From: Nanobdellati archaeon | Lineage (GTDB): Archaea > Nanobdellota > Nanobdellia > CSSed11-243R1 | Direction of reading: 5' to 3' | NCBI GenBank assembly: GCA_027007025.1 | Contig: JALTFL010000004.1 | Span: forward strand, 4,773-68,772 | Length of the DNA stretch: 64,000 nt | In this document: one piece after another, positions 29,796 through 40,226 of the stretch | How positions within the stretch are numbered: the stretch's first letter is position 1 | Layout of the letters: every line of letters begins with the position of its first letter | Position numbers and translations under genes: made by a program | The notes under the pieces: model-generated | Seen by the model: the letters and a program-made list of their open reading frames with translations, nothing else | Databases searched by the model: none | Told to the model about the DNA's origin: nothing

Positions 29796-31349
29796 ATGGG
29801 ATTAGGAAGAGATTTAATTGGCGGAGGAAAAGGAATTACCCCTAAAAAGAATGACAATGCAAATAAAGAAATAAAAGAGGAAGCCGAAAAAGTTTTTTTA
29901 AATAATGAAGGCGGAAACCATCCAAACGTCAGTATGAGTGGATCAGAAATAATAAGATCCTCCGGTGCAATAATGTTCTTCATAGGTATCGCATTGGGAT
30001 TCTTTTTTGGATTACAATTTCTTGCAATAGCAATATTAGGTATAATTTTATTCATAATAGCCCCTTACATTCACATACCAAGTGGCGAAGCACTAATAAC
30101 AATATTCATAATTGGGGGAGTTGTATTAATAGGTGTTGTTTGGTTTTTTGGTGTCGGCGGCGGACAGGCAACCGCAGGAATGGGGAATAGAGTAGGTGAA
30201 AGCTTTAGTGGATTATTCAACAACTATTTATTTAGAAGTATTGGAAATATGTTAAAGAATCCATTTGGAATAGGTGTAACTGGCGGTAAATATGAAGAAC
30301 AAGAGCAAAAAACAAAAGCCCCTCCAAACCAAGCATTTTCAATTAGCATAAGAGGTAATGTAAATACTGCTAAGATGAATCAACATTCATTGACATTTAT
30401 AGTAACTATCAAAAATCTCGGGAGTAGTAAGATAAATGAATTACATCTTCAATTGAATTCCTTGACACCATATGACAATTGCTTAGTAATCCCTGATGGA
30501 AATGAACGAATAATAAAAAATATAGCTCCATTCTCAACAAGAGAAGTTGTATTCTCCGGCGGATGGATTGATTTGAATAAAGTCAAAGAAGTGATTATAG
30601 ATAATGTGTTAAAACCAAATACAAACACACCGATTTATATACGTGCAACAGCGTGGACATATTATCCAACAGCATCTAGATTAGCAGTAGAAAGAATGAA
30701 AAGCGATTTTGGAGTCTTGTTGATAAAAAATAATGCCCTCAGGCAAAAATCAACAGGAGCTATCTATAAATATGGTTCTGCAATGACGATTGACATGGAC
30801 ATAGGCCCACAACCAATCCTTGATAATTCCAATTCTGCTGCATTATTGTTAAAATGGCAAAATGTTGGCAATGGAAATATGAAATCAAATATGTCCCCCA
30901 TGTTATTTATTGTCACTCCAAAAGATTTCGGAAAGTGTATACCTGCAGGGTATATAGCTTACAAAGATGCAGAAAATTTACAATGTGACAAGACAAAAGA
31001 TAGCGCGGCAGGGTGTATCGTCTGCGACAACGAATTAGTTAACAGTTGGTGTGATAAAAATAGTAAAGTATGGACAGATATATCTAAATACACACCAGAC
31101 GCACTTTCCACATTAGAGTGGGTGTGTGATGTAGCTAAAAATGGTGAAAAACACGTCTGTGGCACAACTGATTTAACTATGGAATTTAATGTATTCACTT
31201 GCAGTTTAAATGTGCCTAAGATAAGCACAACGGAAGATATTGTTACAGATTATATAACAACTATAGCCACATATCCTTATGAAGTTAACTCTCAAACTGT
31301 AAAAGTTAATACGTTCTGCACAAGTGACCAAACAGGGTGTGGTGGATAA
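29796..31349 (+). CDS. Polytopic membrane protein with Cys-rich extracellular C-terminal domain
   Basis: Several hydrophobic helices in the first 130 aa; about 10 Cys in the C-terminal 120 aa. Confidence 0.5.
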   Translation: MGLGRDLIGGGKGITPKKNDNANKEIKEEAEKVFLNNEGGNHPNVSMSGSEIIRSSGAIMFFIGIALGFFFGLQFLAIAILGIILFIIAPYIHIPSGEALITIFIIGGVVLIGVVWFFGVGGGQATAGMGNRVGESFSGLFNNYLFRSIGNMLKNPFGIGVTGGKYEEQEQKTKAPPNQAFSISIRGNVNTAKMNQHSLTFIVTIKNLGSSKINELHLQLNSLTPYDNCLVIPDGNERIIKNIAPFSTREVVFSGGWIDLNKVKEVIIDNVLKPNTNTPIYIRATAWTYYPTASRLAVERMKSDFGVLLIKNNALRQKSTGAIYKYGSAMTIDMDIGPQPILDNSNSAALLLKWQNVGNGNMKSNMSPMLFIVTPKDFGKCIPAGYIAYKDAENLQCDKTKDSAAGCIVCDNELVNSWCDKNSKVWTDISKYTPDALSTLEWVCDVAKNGEKHVCGTTDLTMEFNVFTCSLNVPKISTTEDIVTDYITTIATYPYEVNSQTVKVNTFCTSDQTGCGG

Positions 31350-32527
31350 TGATGAAACATAAAGAATGGATATTGATTGTATTATTGTTTTTATTAGTCG
31401 TTTCTTTCGGATGTGTTGGCGAATCCAAACCAACAAATGAAACAAAGTTAGATGTGGAACAAGGAGTTGGTGTCGTTGGTAAGCTTAAATTTGACGAATT
31501 GCACCCCGGACTTGAAGGGTATATATCATTGGATGTAAGAAGCAACCTCGAAGGTGAAGGTGCTGGCAACGTTTTAATTGCGATAGATAATGTGAACCCC
31601 TTTAAAATAGTTGAATGTGGAGTAGTGCATAACAATGCAAATGACAATAGAAAATGTTCAGGACAACTTGACTTAGACAAAGGATTACCTGTAAGGGAAC
31701 ACAAAACAAGGCAACTTGTTCCTGGAAATGAAATAAATGTATTTTGGAGATTGAAAGCTCCAGGAAAAGATGAAATCTCTAATATCGCACTAAAACATCC
31801 ATTATATTATACTGTGTCATATGATTATAACGTAAAATTCCACCAAAACATTGTCTTTATGTCGCAAAATGAAATGATTAAGCGGAGACAAGCCGGTGAG
31901 GATTACATGATTTCAGGAGAATCAGGAAACACAGCAGGTGAGTTGAGATTTTCCGGCTCAACACAACAACCTATTATTTACTTCTTTGATTATGGTCCGC
32001 ATGAAAAAGAAGAATCTACTTTTTCATTCGCTACTCAATACCTCGTCGAAAACAAAGGAAAAGGATTTCCAATATCTGATGTTGTAGTCTTATTGGAATA
32101 CCCAAAAGATGGTATAGCTTTAGATGATAGTACACCTGAAGGAACACCAAACTATCAAGTCTATGGATGGCACAAATGGAATAATTGGGACGGTAAGATT
32201 TTATTGGATGATGGAAGTAGTATTGATTGCAGAACGGGCGATGAAAACAATCCACAAATAAACTGTAAGATATGGGTTGAGCAAACATTGGGAGATGACT
32301 TTAAAAAAATTGATACTACACATCTAATTGCAAAAGTCATTAAGAGAGAAAATTTTGTGGATTCATTTTCAATATACGCTCCATTTGTTATGACAGGTAA
32401 GGAAAGAACACACTTAAGGGATAGTAATATCCCCATGAAGATATACCCATTCAATGTCTATGCGATGTATAGATATTTCACAATTGGAAAAGATTATATT
32501 ACAGTATACCCTGTTAGGGGGATATAG
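31337..32527 (+). CDS. Secreted lipobox protein
   Basis: N-terminus LIVLLFLLVVSFGCVGES. Confidence 0.5.
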   Translation: MWWIMMKHKEWILIVLLFLLVVSFGCVGESKPTNETKLDVEQGVGVVGKLKFDELHPGLEGYISLDVRSNLEGEGAGNVLIAIDNVNPFKIVECGVVHNNANDNRKCSGQLDLDKGLPVREHKTRQLVPGNEINVFWRLKAPGKDEISNIALKHPLYYTVSYDYNVKFHQNIVFMSQNEMIKRRQAGEDYMISGESGNTAGELRFSGSTQQPIIYFFDYGPHEKEESTFSFATQYLVENKGKGFPISDVVVLLEYPKDGIALDDSTPEGTPNYQVYGWHKWNNWDGKILLDDGSSIDCRTGDENNPQINCKIWVEQTLGDDFKKIDTTHLIAKVIKRENFVDSFSIYAPFVMTGKERTHLRDSNIPMKIYPFNVYAMYRYFTIGKDYITVYPVRGI

Positions 32528-32540
32528 GAGGTAAGATAAA

Positions 32541-33398
32541 ATGAAAAAGGAAGGATTAATTATTTTAATTGCACTGTTTGCATTAGCATTCACATTTGGA
32601 TGTACAATGGGTGGTGAAAAGTCAAATAACACCAACACCGGCAATGGATATACCCTGAAAGTAAGTCCAAAAAATGTAATCTCGGAGGGAGTAATTACAA
32701 TAGATTTGAGATTAAAGAATATATTTGACAACGACATGAATAATGTCGAAGCAAGTATAAAGGATATACCTTCAACTTTCACGGGCACAGAAAAGGTAGA
32801 AGGTGTTACAATTGTAAAAGGTCAAGAATATCCGATGATATGGAGTATAACTGCACCAAGTACGGATTTAAAACAAAGCATAAATCCGAAAGTGGAAGTT
32901 TGCTTTGATTACACAACTAACTTTTATTTTGATACAGCATTAGTGCCAAGGGACAAGGCAACAGAAGAAGTTCAGGTGCAAAGCGGGTATTCGAACGGAC
33001 CTATCTCAGTAACACAAATGGGACTTGACAAAATATTCCTTAAAGAGGATGGAACTGGATTTATAACAGGTTCACTGGATATCAAAAATAACTGGCAGGG
33101 GCATATACAATCAATTAATAAAATAACAATAACCCCAAGTGGATTGACAGGCGGCATCAAATACGCAAGCTGTGGAGGGGACACCGTAACAACAATAACC
33201 CCAAGTACAGCAAACTGTGATATATTAAATAATAATTTGGCAATTGGAGATGGATTGATAACAACAATCAAATTAAGCACGACATCAGGCGGAAGCAGTA
33301 TATCCACTGAAAGGACAAATGGAGAAGTTGATTACACCTACTGTTATGATATACCATTAGGAACAATAACTGTCTGTCCTGTAGGACAAAGATGTTAG
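32541..33398 (+). CDS. Secreted lipobox protein, paralogue of 33408..34349
   Basis: N-terminus ALFALAFTFGCTMGG; shared CFDYTT...VP.D block with the downstream gene. Confidence 0.55.
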   Translation: MKKEGLIILIALFALAFTFGCTMGGEKSNNTNTGNGYTLKVSPKNVISEGVITIDLRLKNIFDNDMNNVEASIKDIPSTFTGTEKVEGVTIVKGQEYPMIWSITAPSTDLKQSINPKVEVCFDYTTNFYFDTALVPRDKATEEVQVQSGYSNGPISVTQMGLDKIFLKEDGTGFITGSLDIKNNWQGHIQSINKITITPSGLTGGIKYASCGGDTVTTITPSTANCDILNNNLAIGDGLITTIKLSTTSGGSSISTERTNGEVDYTYCYDIPLGTITVCPVGQRC

Positions 33399-33407
33399 GT
33401 GGATTAA

Positions 33408-34349
33408 ATGAATAAAAAAATTTTGTTTGCATTTTCTTTATTGTTTTTGTTAGCTCTCTCTCTTGGGTGTATAGGAGGAAATAAAAATAGTAATAACAAC
33501 GCCCAAGCTACAAGCGGAACATTAAATGCTACAATATTGATAAACGGTGTTCAAAGGAATAATATGGTACTAGTGTCTGAACAAAACGCACAAATTGGAT
33601 TAAAACTCAAGAACAATGGAAATGAACCAATTGAAAATGTTACTGGGCGTGTTCTCGGATGTCTTAATTCAAGCGATGCATTTACCGAAGAAGTTTTGCC
33701 ACATACTCAAAAGTATCTAAGCTGGGATGTTAAAGCCCCAGAACTTGGAGAAGGCGAGAAAATAAACTGTCCGACTACAATAAGAATCTGCTTTGATTAC
33801 ACCACGAAAGGATACACCGATTTGGTATTTGTACCCGAAGATTATAATGAAGCCCCCCCTTCACCAAGCTACACTGTTTCGGGCGACTACCTTGGTATAA
33901 ATTATAAATTTGGAGTCGCAAGAGTTATGAAACAAGGAGATAATGAGATGAATGGAGAGATAACAATTAATAACATAGGCGATGGATGGGTAGATTATAT
34001 AAATTACACGAATGGAGTGTCTTTGAATACACTAAGAAAAGTAAATATAACCCTTATAGGGGATAACATTGCAATATCCAAATTCGGTGGATTGGATCAA
34101 AGTGAATTAAGTAATTGGTTGAGCAACGACAAAAAAACACTAATACTCACAGCGGACAACACAAAAGAGGGGTATAGTTATCTTACAAAACTTGTGCAGG
34201 GCAAAAGTTTATTCTTGAAACTCAACATAAATGTAACCAACCCAAACAGCTTCCAAGATGGAACAAAGATATACCAGCTTAGAACAGAAATAAATTATGG
34301 TTATTGTATTGACATAGCAACATTAGACACAACATTGAGTGGAAGGTAA
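33408..34349 (+). CDS. Secreted lipobox protein, paralogue of 32541..33398
   Basis: N-terminus LLFLLALSLGCIGGN; ICFDYTTKGYTDLVFVPED block. Confidence 0.55.
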   Translation: MNKKILFAFSLLFLLALSLGCIGGNKNSNNNAQATSGTLNATILINGVQRNNMVLVSEQNAQIGLKLKNNGNEPIENVTGRVLGCLNSSDAFTEEVLPHTQKYLSWDVKAPELGEGEKINCPTTIRICFDYTTKGYTDLVFVPEDYNEAPPSPSYTVSGDYLGINYKFGVARVMKQGDNEMNGEITINNIGDGWVDYINYTNGVSLNTLRKVNITLIGDNIAISKFGGLDQSELSNWLSNDKKTLILTADNTKEGYSYLTKLVQGKSLFLKLNINVTNPNSFQDGTKIYQLRTEINYGYCIDIATLDTTLSGR

Positions 34350-35114
34350 CTAACCGATATAAGATGGATTTGATGTAACTTCAACATCATTTTTTATTAT
34401 TTTTTTTCTCTTTACCACTTTCGGAATTTGTTGTATGTTAACGCTGAACTTCAATTCTTTGTCTGAGATTTTTAATCCAAAATATTTAGATAAAATCTTT
34501 ATTATCTCGCGAGCAGCAGGAATCCCGATTTTTGAAGTCACAAGAGACTCTGCAAGCAGTGCAAAACCATTAATTCCCCTCAATTCTCCAAGCCCAAGCA
34601 ATAGACCTGCCGCGCCGATTAGAATGATTGAACCTTTCCTATCAAAACGCACCCCGAGCTTTTTTAATTTGCTAATATACTTCTTGTCTGTGAACGCGCC
34701 GTAAACTTTTGGATTAGGAACATTAATCTTAGACGAAATCCCGCCGAGAGTTATAATCTCCTTTACCCCAGCTGATTTGGCTATGTCTAATATTTTATCT
34801 GAAAAAGCATAACTTGAATATTCATCTGCCGGCTGAACGTCGCTAACCACAAAAATGATATCGCTTCCTTTTTTTCGCTTAGCGTAATAAAACTCAATCT
34901 TTGGCATCTGCAGTTTGTGCTCACCAGTCAAAAAAACAGAATTTGGAAAATAGTAAGAATAAACTTCAAGGAATTTCTTTGCATTTAATTTTTCAATTAG
35001 CACATCAACAACTATTCTCGCGACATTACCTACACCAGGAAGCCCCTCGATTAAAATAGGTTTTCTCAATTTCGGCTTTCTTCCAATTTTTTTAACAATA
35101 AATTCATCACTCAT
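34350..35114 (-). CDS. Proteasome assembly chaperone (PAC2) family protein
   Basis: N-terminal ILIEGLPGVGNVA motif typical of the PAC2 family. Confidence 0.5.
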   Translation of the reverse strand: MSDEFIVKKIGRKPKLRKPILIEGLPGVGNVARIVVDVLIEKLNAKKFLEVYSYYFPNSVFLTGEHKLQMPKIEFYYAKRKKGSDIIFVVSDVQPADEYSSYAFSDKILDIAKSAGVKEIITLGGISSKINVPNPKVYGAFTDKKYISKLKKLGVRFDRKGSIILIGAAGLLLGLGELRGINGFALLAESLVTSKIGIPAAREIIKILSKYFGLKISDKELKFSVNIQQIPKVVKRKKIIKNDVEVTSNPSYIG

Positions 35115-35293
35115 AACAATCCCTCTTTCTGTAAGATTTCCCTGCGCATCTTACGCCTATATCTCGCAACATTCTCTTTCGGCGAATAACGTGGAGGCGC
35201 TTTGACAATTGTTTTTGCTCCGCATCTCGGGCAAACTTCTTCTAATGTATATTCTTTGCAATTCGGACAATATCTTATCTTGTTCATTTGCAA
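35111..35293 (-). CDS. nop10: H/ACA ribonucleoprotein subunit Nop10
   Basis: CPNC...CPRCG zinc ribbon followed by PPRYSP; 60 aa. Confidence 0.8.
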   Translation of the reverse strand: MQMNKIRYCPNCKEYTLEEVCPRCGAKTIVKAPPRYSPKENVARYRRKMRREILQKEGLL

Positions 35294-36078
35294 GGACCTA
35301 CAACATCAAATTTTATTTTGTTTTTTGAAGCAAATTTATCGACTTCCTTGAAAAGCTTCTCGAAAAACGACTCGCCCATCTTGTAGTTTTTTATAGTTAT
35401 CCCTAAAGAGTATCTTGGGGAAGAAATATACCTTATTTTCATTTCAACACCGTTTTTTTTGGCAATAGCGTAAATTTTCTCAAAAAGTTTTCTTATTTTA
35501 ACAATAGCATCCCCCTCATAACTACTGACATCCACAATTTTACACAGCTTAACCATCTGGGATTTCAACTGATTGTAAATTTGATTGTAAAGCTCATCTT
35601 TCCACTTTTTTGGCAAGTCCAATTCTTTTATAAGCTCTGGACCTTCTCGCTTGATTTCATTCGAAAAATCACTCAATGTGTCAAATTCCTGAAGTATGAT
35701 ACCACCAATTTTTTTTAATCCTCCTTTGGGGTCTTCCTTAAAATTCCTTGCAATAGACTCAATAAGTTTTTCCATTCTTCTTTCTATCTTTATTTCATTA
35801 AGTTTTCTCTTTGTCTCCGCATTAGTAACTCTCTTCAACGAAACATCGATATGTCCATTGGGTTTTACCTCAAGAACTTTGCAAACTATTTTTTTTCCCT
35901 CAGATATGTGGTCCTTTATATTCTTTACCCACCTTGAGGATATTTCAGAAACATGAAGCATCGCCTCTAAATTGTTGAACTCATCAAGTATGACAAAAGC
36001 TGCGTGAGGCAGAATTTTCTTTACAGTGCAAACCAATAGTTCTCCTTTTTCAGGCTTGCCTTCTCTTTTAAAAAACAT
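35284..36078 (-). CDS. eif2a: Translation initiation factor 2 alpha subunit (aIF2-alpha)
   Basis: N-terminal S1 domain, about 264 aa; conserved L44e-S27e-aIF2alpha-Nop10 neighbourhood. Confidence 0.75.
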   Translation of the reverse strand: MFFKREGKPEKGELLVCTVKKILPHAAFVILDEFNNLEAMLHVSEISSRWVKNIKDHISEGKKIVCKVLEVKPNGHIDVSLKRVTNAETKRKLNEIKIERRMEKLIESIARNFKEDPKGGLKKIGGIILQEFDTLSDFSNEIKREGPELIKELDLPKKWKDELYNQIYNQLKSQMVKLCKIVDVSSYEGDAIVKIRKLFEKIYAIAKKNGVEMKIRYISSPRYSLGITIKNYKMGESFFEKLFKEVDKFASKNKIKFDVVGPCK

Positions 36079-36163
36079 AGAATAAAGAATTTAAGGAGGT
36101 ATTATAAATCTTTTGCGAAAGCTTTCCAACCAAAAAAGAGTGTGATTCTTTTAAAGAAATAAA

Positions 36164-36352
36164 TTATTCAAGAACTTCAAGAACTTTTGCCTTGATTTTT
36201 GTCTTACCGCCAGTTGGAGTAGCCAAGACATTTCCGCAAACAAGGCACTTGACTTCGGAAGCAGCCTTGCCGAATATAACTTGTTCGTTCTTGCATTTGT
36301 TGCACTTAACTTTTATAAATTTACTTTTGGGAGAAATTATTATTTCCATCAC
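36164..36352 (-). CDS. rps27e: Ribosomal protein S27e (eS27)
   Basis: C4 zinc finger CNKC...CLVCG; 62 aa. Confidence 0.8.
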   Translation of the reverse strand: MMEIIISPKSKFIKVKCNKCKNEQVIFGKAASEVKCLVCGNVLATPTGGKTKIKAKVLEVLE

Positions 36353-36651
36353 TTAACACCAACCATCTCAAATTTTTTAGCCCTGAAACCCTGTTTTCTC
36401 ATATGCATCTTCCCGCATTCTGAGCACTTGTACCTCAAGTCTATCTTCTTCGTCAACTTTACACCCCACTTCTTTGAGTTTTCCGGCTTTGGACGTGGGA
36501 AACCTGTATAACCATCAATTTTCCTTTCATACCTTCTAGCACCTATAGTTAATTTCCCTCTTTTCTTACCTGATTTAACTTGTACTAATTTATGTTTTGT
36601 TTTTTTCTTACAATACGGGCAGTATCTATTGATTTCCTTTGGTATCTTCAT
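36349..36651 (-). CDS. rpl44e: Ribosomal protein L44e (eL42)
   Basis: CPYCKK...CSECGK zinc ribbon, basic; start taken at MKIPKEIN (ORF track extends to 36675). Confidence 0.8.
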   Translation of the reverse strand: MKIPKEINRYCPYCKKKTKHKLVQVKSGKKRGKLTIGARRYERKIDGYTGFPRPKPENSKKWGVKLTKKIDLRYKCSECGKMHMRKQGFRAKKFEMVGVK

Positions 36652-37258
36652 TATCATCACTTTCCTTAATTTCAATAGCTTTTCCTTCCTTTATTAAGAT
36701 TTCCCCGACGTCTAATGGGAGACTCCCATCATCATCTTTGTTAAAAGGACCATATGTTTCCCCATCCTTCCACAAAAACGCAGGTATGTCTTCGATAAAT
36801 TTCAGCTTTTTTAAACCTTTTTCTTCTTCTTTTTCCTCTCTTTTTATATCAATCGAAGGGGGTGCTTCAAATTTAGACATAAATCTATTCGTATACTCAT
36901 TAACAGTATTTATTATAGAGTTATACATATCCTCCTCTTCAGGAAGCATGTTCTCGGTATTATGAACCCTTGCGGAAAGGTTGTTCAGTGCCTGCATGAC
37001 AATTTTCCTTCTTCTTCTGCTACATATATCCTCAATTATCCTTTTGACATTTCTTAATTCATACTCATTCTTTTCTATTGCCTGCGATGAGAAAACATTA
37101 TTTTTGTCCTTATTTTCATCGATTATCTTTTCCTTATTAGAGATATATTCCTTAATCTTTAAAAAGAAATCAGGAGTTAATTCTTGCAGTGCCCTGTTGT
37201 CCCTCTCCAGCGCCTGTATTTTTCTTATCTCCTCATATGAAATTACTTCACTAGTCAT
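36626..37258 (-). CDS. Probable GINS subunit (Gins51/Gins15-like)
   Basis: Helical N-terminus YEEIRKIQALERDNRALQELTPDFF; located between primase and L44e, as in the conserved primase-GINS pairing. Confidence 0.45.
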   Translation of the reverse strand: MTSEVISYEEIRKIQALERDNRALQELTPDFFLKIKEYISNKEKIIDENKDKNNVFSSQAIEKNEYELRNVKRIIEDICSRRRRKIVMQALNNLSARVHNTENMLPEEEDMYNSIINTVNEYTNRFMSKFEAPPSIDIKREEKEEEKGLKKLKFIEDIPAFLWKDGETYGPFNKDDDGSLPLDVGEILIKEGKAIEIKESDDNEDTKGNQ

Positions 37259-38535
37259 TTCCTTCTCATCCTTTTCATTTTCTTAAATGGGTACACCACA
37301 GGGTTTTTGATTTTCTCACATGTCTTATCTGGTGTACATATCCCCAAGTCTAAGTAATAATTTTGATTCTTGCACCCCGGCGGAAGATATGAACCTTTCA
37401 CCTTTTTATGCCAATTGAGCTGGGAGTTTATATAACTTTCCCGAAGCGGCTCCGGATTGTGCTTGTTCCACTCAAAAACTTCTTTTTTTATGGACTCAAA
37501 GTCCCATCCTACACTTCTCAAGAAATTAATCAAAATGAAAAGGGCTCTCTTGCGTCCATCCTCTAATCCCTTGTAAATGTTCTTTATACACGGCGGGAAA
37601 AACTCTTTTGGGATTGCCTCCTTTGGAATTTCGAAGTCCCCATTAAGCTCTTTTATCTCATTTTTGACATCCTGGTTCATCTTCCAATCAAAAGCCTGTA
37701 TAAAAAGCTGCTTTGCCTCGTTGACTTTGAACCTGTCCAAAAACCCGAGGTTAACTTCAACATTTCTGTACTCCGCCGATTTTTTATCAAATGACAAAAT
37801 ATCCTTTTTGCGTATTGGGATAGAAACAAGCCATGTTTTTTCATTAAAAGTGTATGGCATCCTAAAAAGGTGACGGGACGAAATAGCTACAGTATCTATA
37901 TCCAGAAGTTTATAAGGGTCAAGCTCTCCACCCGCAACAACTTCATCAAATTTCTTTCCTGTTCTTTTCAATATTTTTTTTATATCTCCATCTTCAAACT
38001 GCAAAATTTGCTCGGCAAGCTGGCTTTTTATCATATCACGTATATATCCTGCGATAATTCGTGCACCTTCGGGGAAAAGCAAGCGTGTTTCCTGCCCATT
38101 TATCTCCCTTGGAAATGATTCAAAAGGAATACCTATATGGAAACCCGTTCCTCCGCTAAATTTAACAGAATAATTTTTAATGCCGTGAAATTCAATGGCA
38201 TCACATATCAAATTGGCGCAAATTTTAGAGTATTCCAAATGGCGAGAGTCAATGTCAAATATCAAGTCCCATCCGGTCCTAAGCTCGTCAAGTTCTTTCT
38301 TTTTTATATCCTGCCTAAGCAAAAGTGGGTTTTTCCATCTCTCCATCGAGGCGTGGAAAGAAGTAGCCCCCCTTCTAGCTAATTGAACTATGTCATCTTC
38401 GTATATTAAAGAATCTGGACGTTTACCTACTTTATCATTAAATCGCGTAACTATTTCTCTGCCTCTGGCAAGTGCAAGAATTGCAGATTGTACTTTAGTA
38501 TTTGAATAAAATCTTATTATATCTGATAGATGCAT
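37255..38535 (-). CDS. priS: DNA primase catalytic subunit PriS with C-terminal Cys-containing extension
   Basis: LIFDIDS and SGGTGFHI catalytic motifs; C-terminal about 110 aa contains four Cys (PPC, PPGC, GIC, TC). Confidence 0.7.
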   Translation of the reverse strand: MHLSDIIRFYSNTKVQSAILALARGREIVTRFNDKVGKRPDSLIYEDDIVQLARRGATSFHASMERWKNPLLLRQDIKKKELDELRTGWDLIFDIDSRHLEYSKICANLICDAIEFHGIKNYSVKFSGGTGFHIGIPFESFPREINGQETRLLFPEGARIIAGYIRDMIKSQLAEQILQFEDGDIKKILKRTGKKFDEVVAGGELDPYKLLDIDTVAISSRHLFRMPYTFNEKTWLVSIPIRKKDILSFDKKSAEYRNVEVNLGFLDRFKVNEAKQLFIQAFDWKMNQDVKNEIKELNGDFEIPKEAIPKEFFPPCIKNIYKGLEDGRKRALFILINFLRSVGWDFESIKKEVFEWNKHNPEPLRESYINSQLNWHKKVKGSYLPPGCKNQNYYLDLGICTPDKTCEKIKNPVVYPFKKMKRMRRK

Positions 38536-38623
38536 AAGGTAAGATAAGATTGAGAATTATTAAAACCTTACGATAAAACAAATTAGCAACCTTAATAAAT
38601 GTCATCCCTTTTCAAATGTTAAA

Positions 38624-39535
38624 ATGGTATTGGAATTATTGATATTTGCTATAAGTATTGTTGCGGTAATCTCATCAGTTGATTTTACTTCAAAGTCCAT
38701 TTCAAGCTTAGCCGATAGAATGGGTGTCCCAAAATATCTTGTAAGCACAATAATCCTCTCAATTATTGTATCCTTACCTGCCTTTTTAGCTATGATTTAC
38801 TCAAATTTATTTAATGTGCCAACTCTTGGTTTCTCGACGCTCATTGGGTTTTCAATAGGTGTTTTGACAATAGTGATGGGTATTATATTGATAAAAGATG
38901 AAGTGCCAATCGAGTATGAAAGGTATAGAAATGCAACATTTATGTGGGCTGCTACCATACTTTTTTTCGTAGTTAGCTTGGACCAGCTGATTGACAGGAT
39001 GGACGCATTATTTTTGTTGGCACTATTTTTATTTTATGGAATGTATGTTTATTACCGCACAAAAAACGCCAAGGAGTATACATACACGAAGGGAATGCCT
39101 TTCAACAAGGTTCTCTTGATTCCAGCGATAGCAACTATCATTATAAGCGTATTCGCGTGCGTAGCTGCAATATCCATCATGAGTTACAACTTTGTTATAC
39201 CATCCGCGCTGTTTAGTCTTACAATTTTCGGAACATTGCTCGCATTGCCACTAATAGACCTAACAAAAATATTCAAGGCTCCTATTTTAACCTTCGACAG
39301 CGTGCTTGGAAGCATCGTTGTTACGTTAACATTGATACCCGCTATCGCGGCGTTGGTTAAACCTATCCCTTATAACCTAAATTACAATTATGGGTTCTTA
39401 CCTTTGCTGTTTTTGAGTATCATTTCATTGTCATTCGCGATTTCAACAAGGCTAAAATCAAAGATACACAAAAAAACCGGCATTGCCCTATTGGCATCAT
39501 ATGTAGTTTATATTCTCCTGATTTTGTTTAGTTAG
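38624..39535 (+). CDS. Polytopic integral membrane protein
   Basis: Eight or more hydrophobic helices across 303 aa. Confidence 0.5.
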   Translation: MVLELLIFAISIVAVISSVDFTSKSISSLADRMGVPKYLVSTIILSIIVSLPAFLAMIYSNLFNVPTLGFSTLIGFSIGVLTIVMGIILIKDEVPIEYERYRNATFMWAATILFFVVSLDQLIDRMDALFLLALFLFYGMYVYYRTKNAKEYTYTKGMPFNKVLLIPAIATIIISVFACVAAISIMSYNFVIPSALFSLTIFGTLLALPLIDLTKIFKAPILTFDSVLGSIVVTLTLIPAIAALVKPIPYNLNYNYGFLPLLFLSIISLSFAISTRLKSKIHKKTGIALLASYVVYILLILFS

Positions 39536-39570
39536 AAAAGTTTTTATAGTTGTAACTCCTTAGTAATAAT

Positions 39571-40221
39571 ATGAAAACCTTACTGCTTATATCAATATCA
39601 TTATTGATGATTTCAATAGTATATGCCACAAATGTAGATACTACAATCCCTCGTGATGTATATAAAAATGAATATTTTAACATCACACTAAACGTAAATT
39701 CTGATTCTAGCAAGTTGGATATAGCAGAGTTTATACCCAAAGACTGGAAAATTTCAGAATGGAGTACCTCACCAGAAACAAGCACGACACTTAACTCTAA
39801 TCTTCAAAGTTTTATGGGAAAAGAAAGGATGATGTACCATTGGAAGTTTAATTCCGCTCAACACAAATTCAAAATTAATATGAAGGTTTTGGCCAAAGGG
39901 AAGGGGGAATTTGAGTTTATCACTTTGTGGATAACACCAAAGGAATTCGATAAAATTTCTAAGAGTGTTAGTGTAACTGAAAAACCCGCGACAACATCAA
40001 CCATAACCGGGCACGCAATAGCTATTGAAAACAAAAATACAAACAGTACTGCACAAAACACTACGCATACCATCCAGATTAACACTACATACACACAACA
40101 TAATCTAACGCAGCAAAATGAAACACCCATAAACGAAAATTATGAAACACAGACTCACAAAGAAAATGCACTCTCTATGATATTTTCAACATTAAAAATC
40201 TGGATATCTAATTTATTCTAA
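39571..40221 (+). CDS. Secreted protein with Thr/Asn/Gln-rich C-terminal region
   Basis: N-terminal signal MKTLLLISISLLMISIVYA; low-complexity T/N/Q tail. Confidence 0.45.
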   Translation: MKTLLLISISLLMISIVYATNVDTTIPRDVYKNEYFNITLNVNSDSSKLDIAEFIPKDWKISEWSTSPETSTTLNSNLQSFMGKERMMYHWKFNSAQHKFKINMKVLAKGKGEFEFITLWITPKEFDKISKSVSVTEKPATTSTITGHAIAIENKNTNSTAQNTTHTIQINTTYTQHNLTQQNETPINENYETQTHKENALSMIFSTLKIWISNLF

Positions 40222-40226
40222 TAAAA

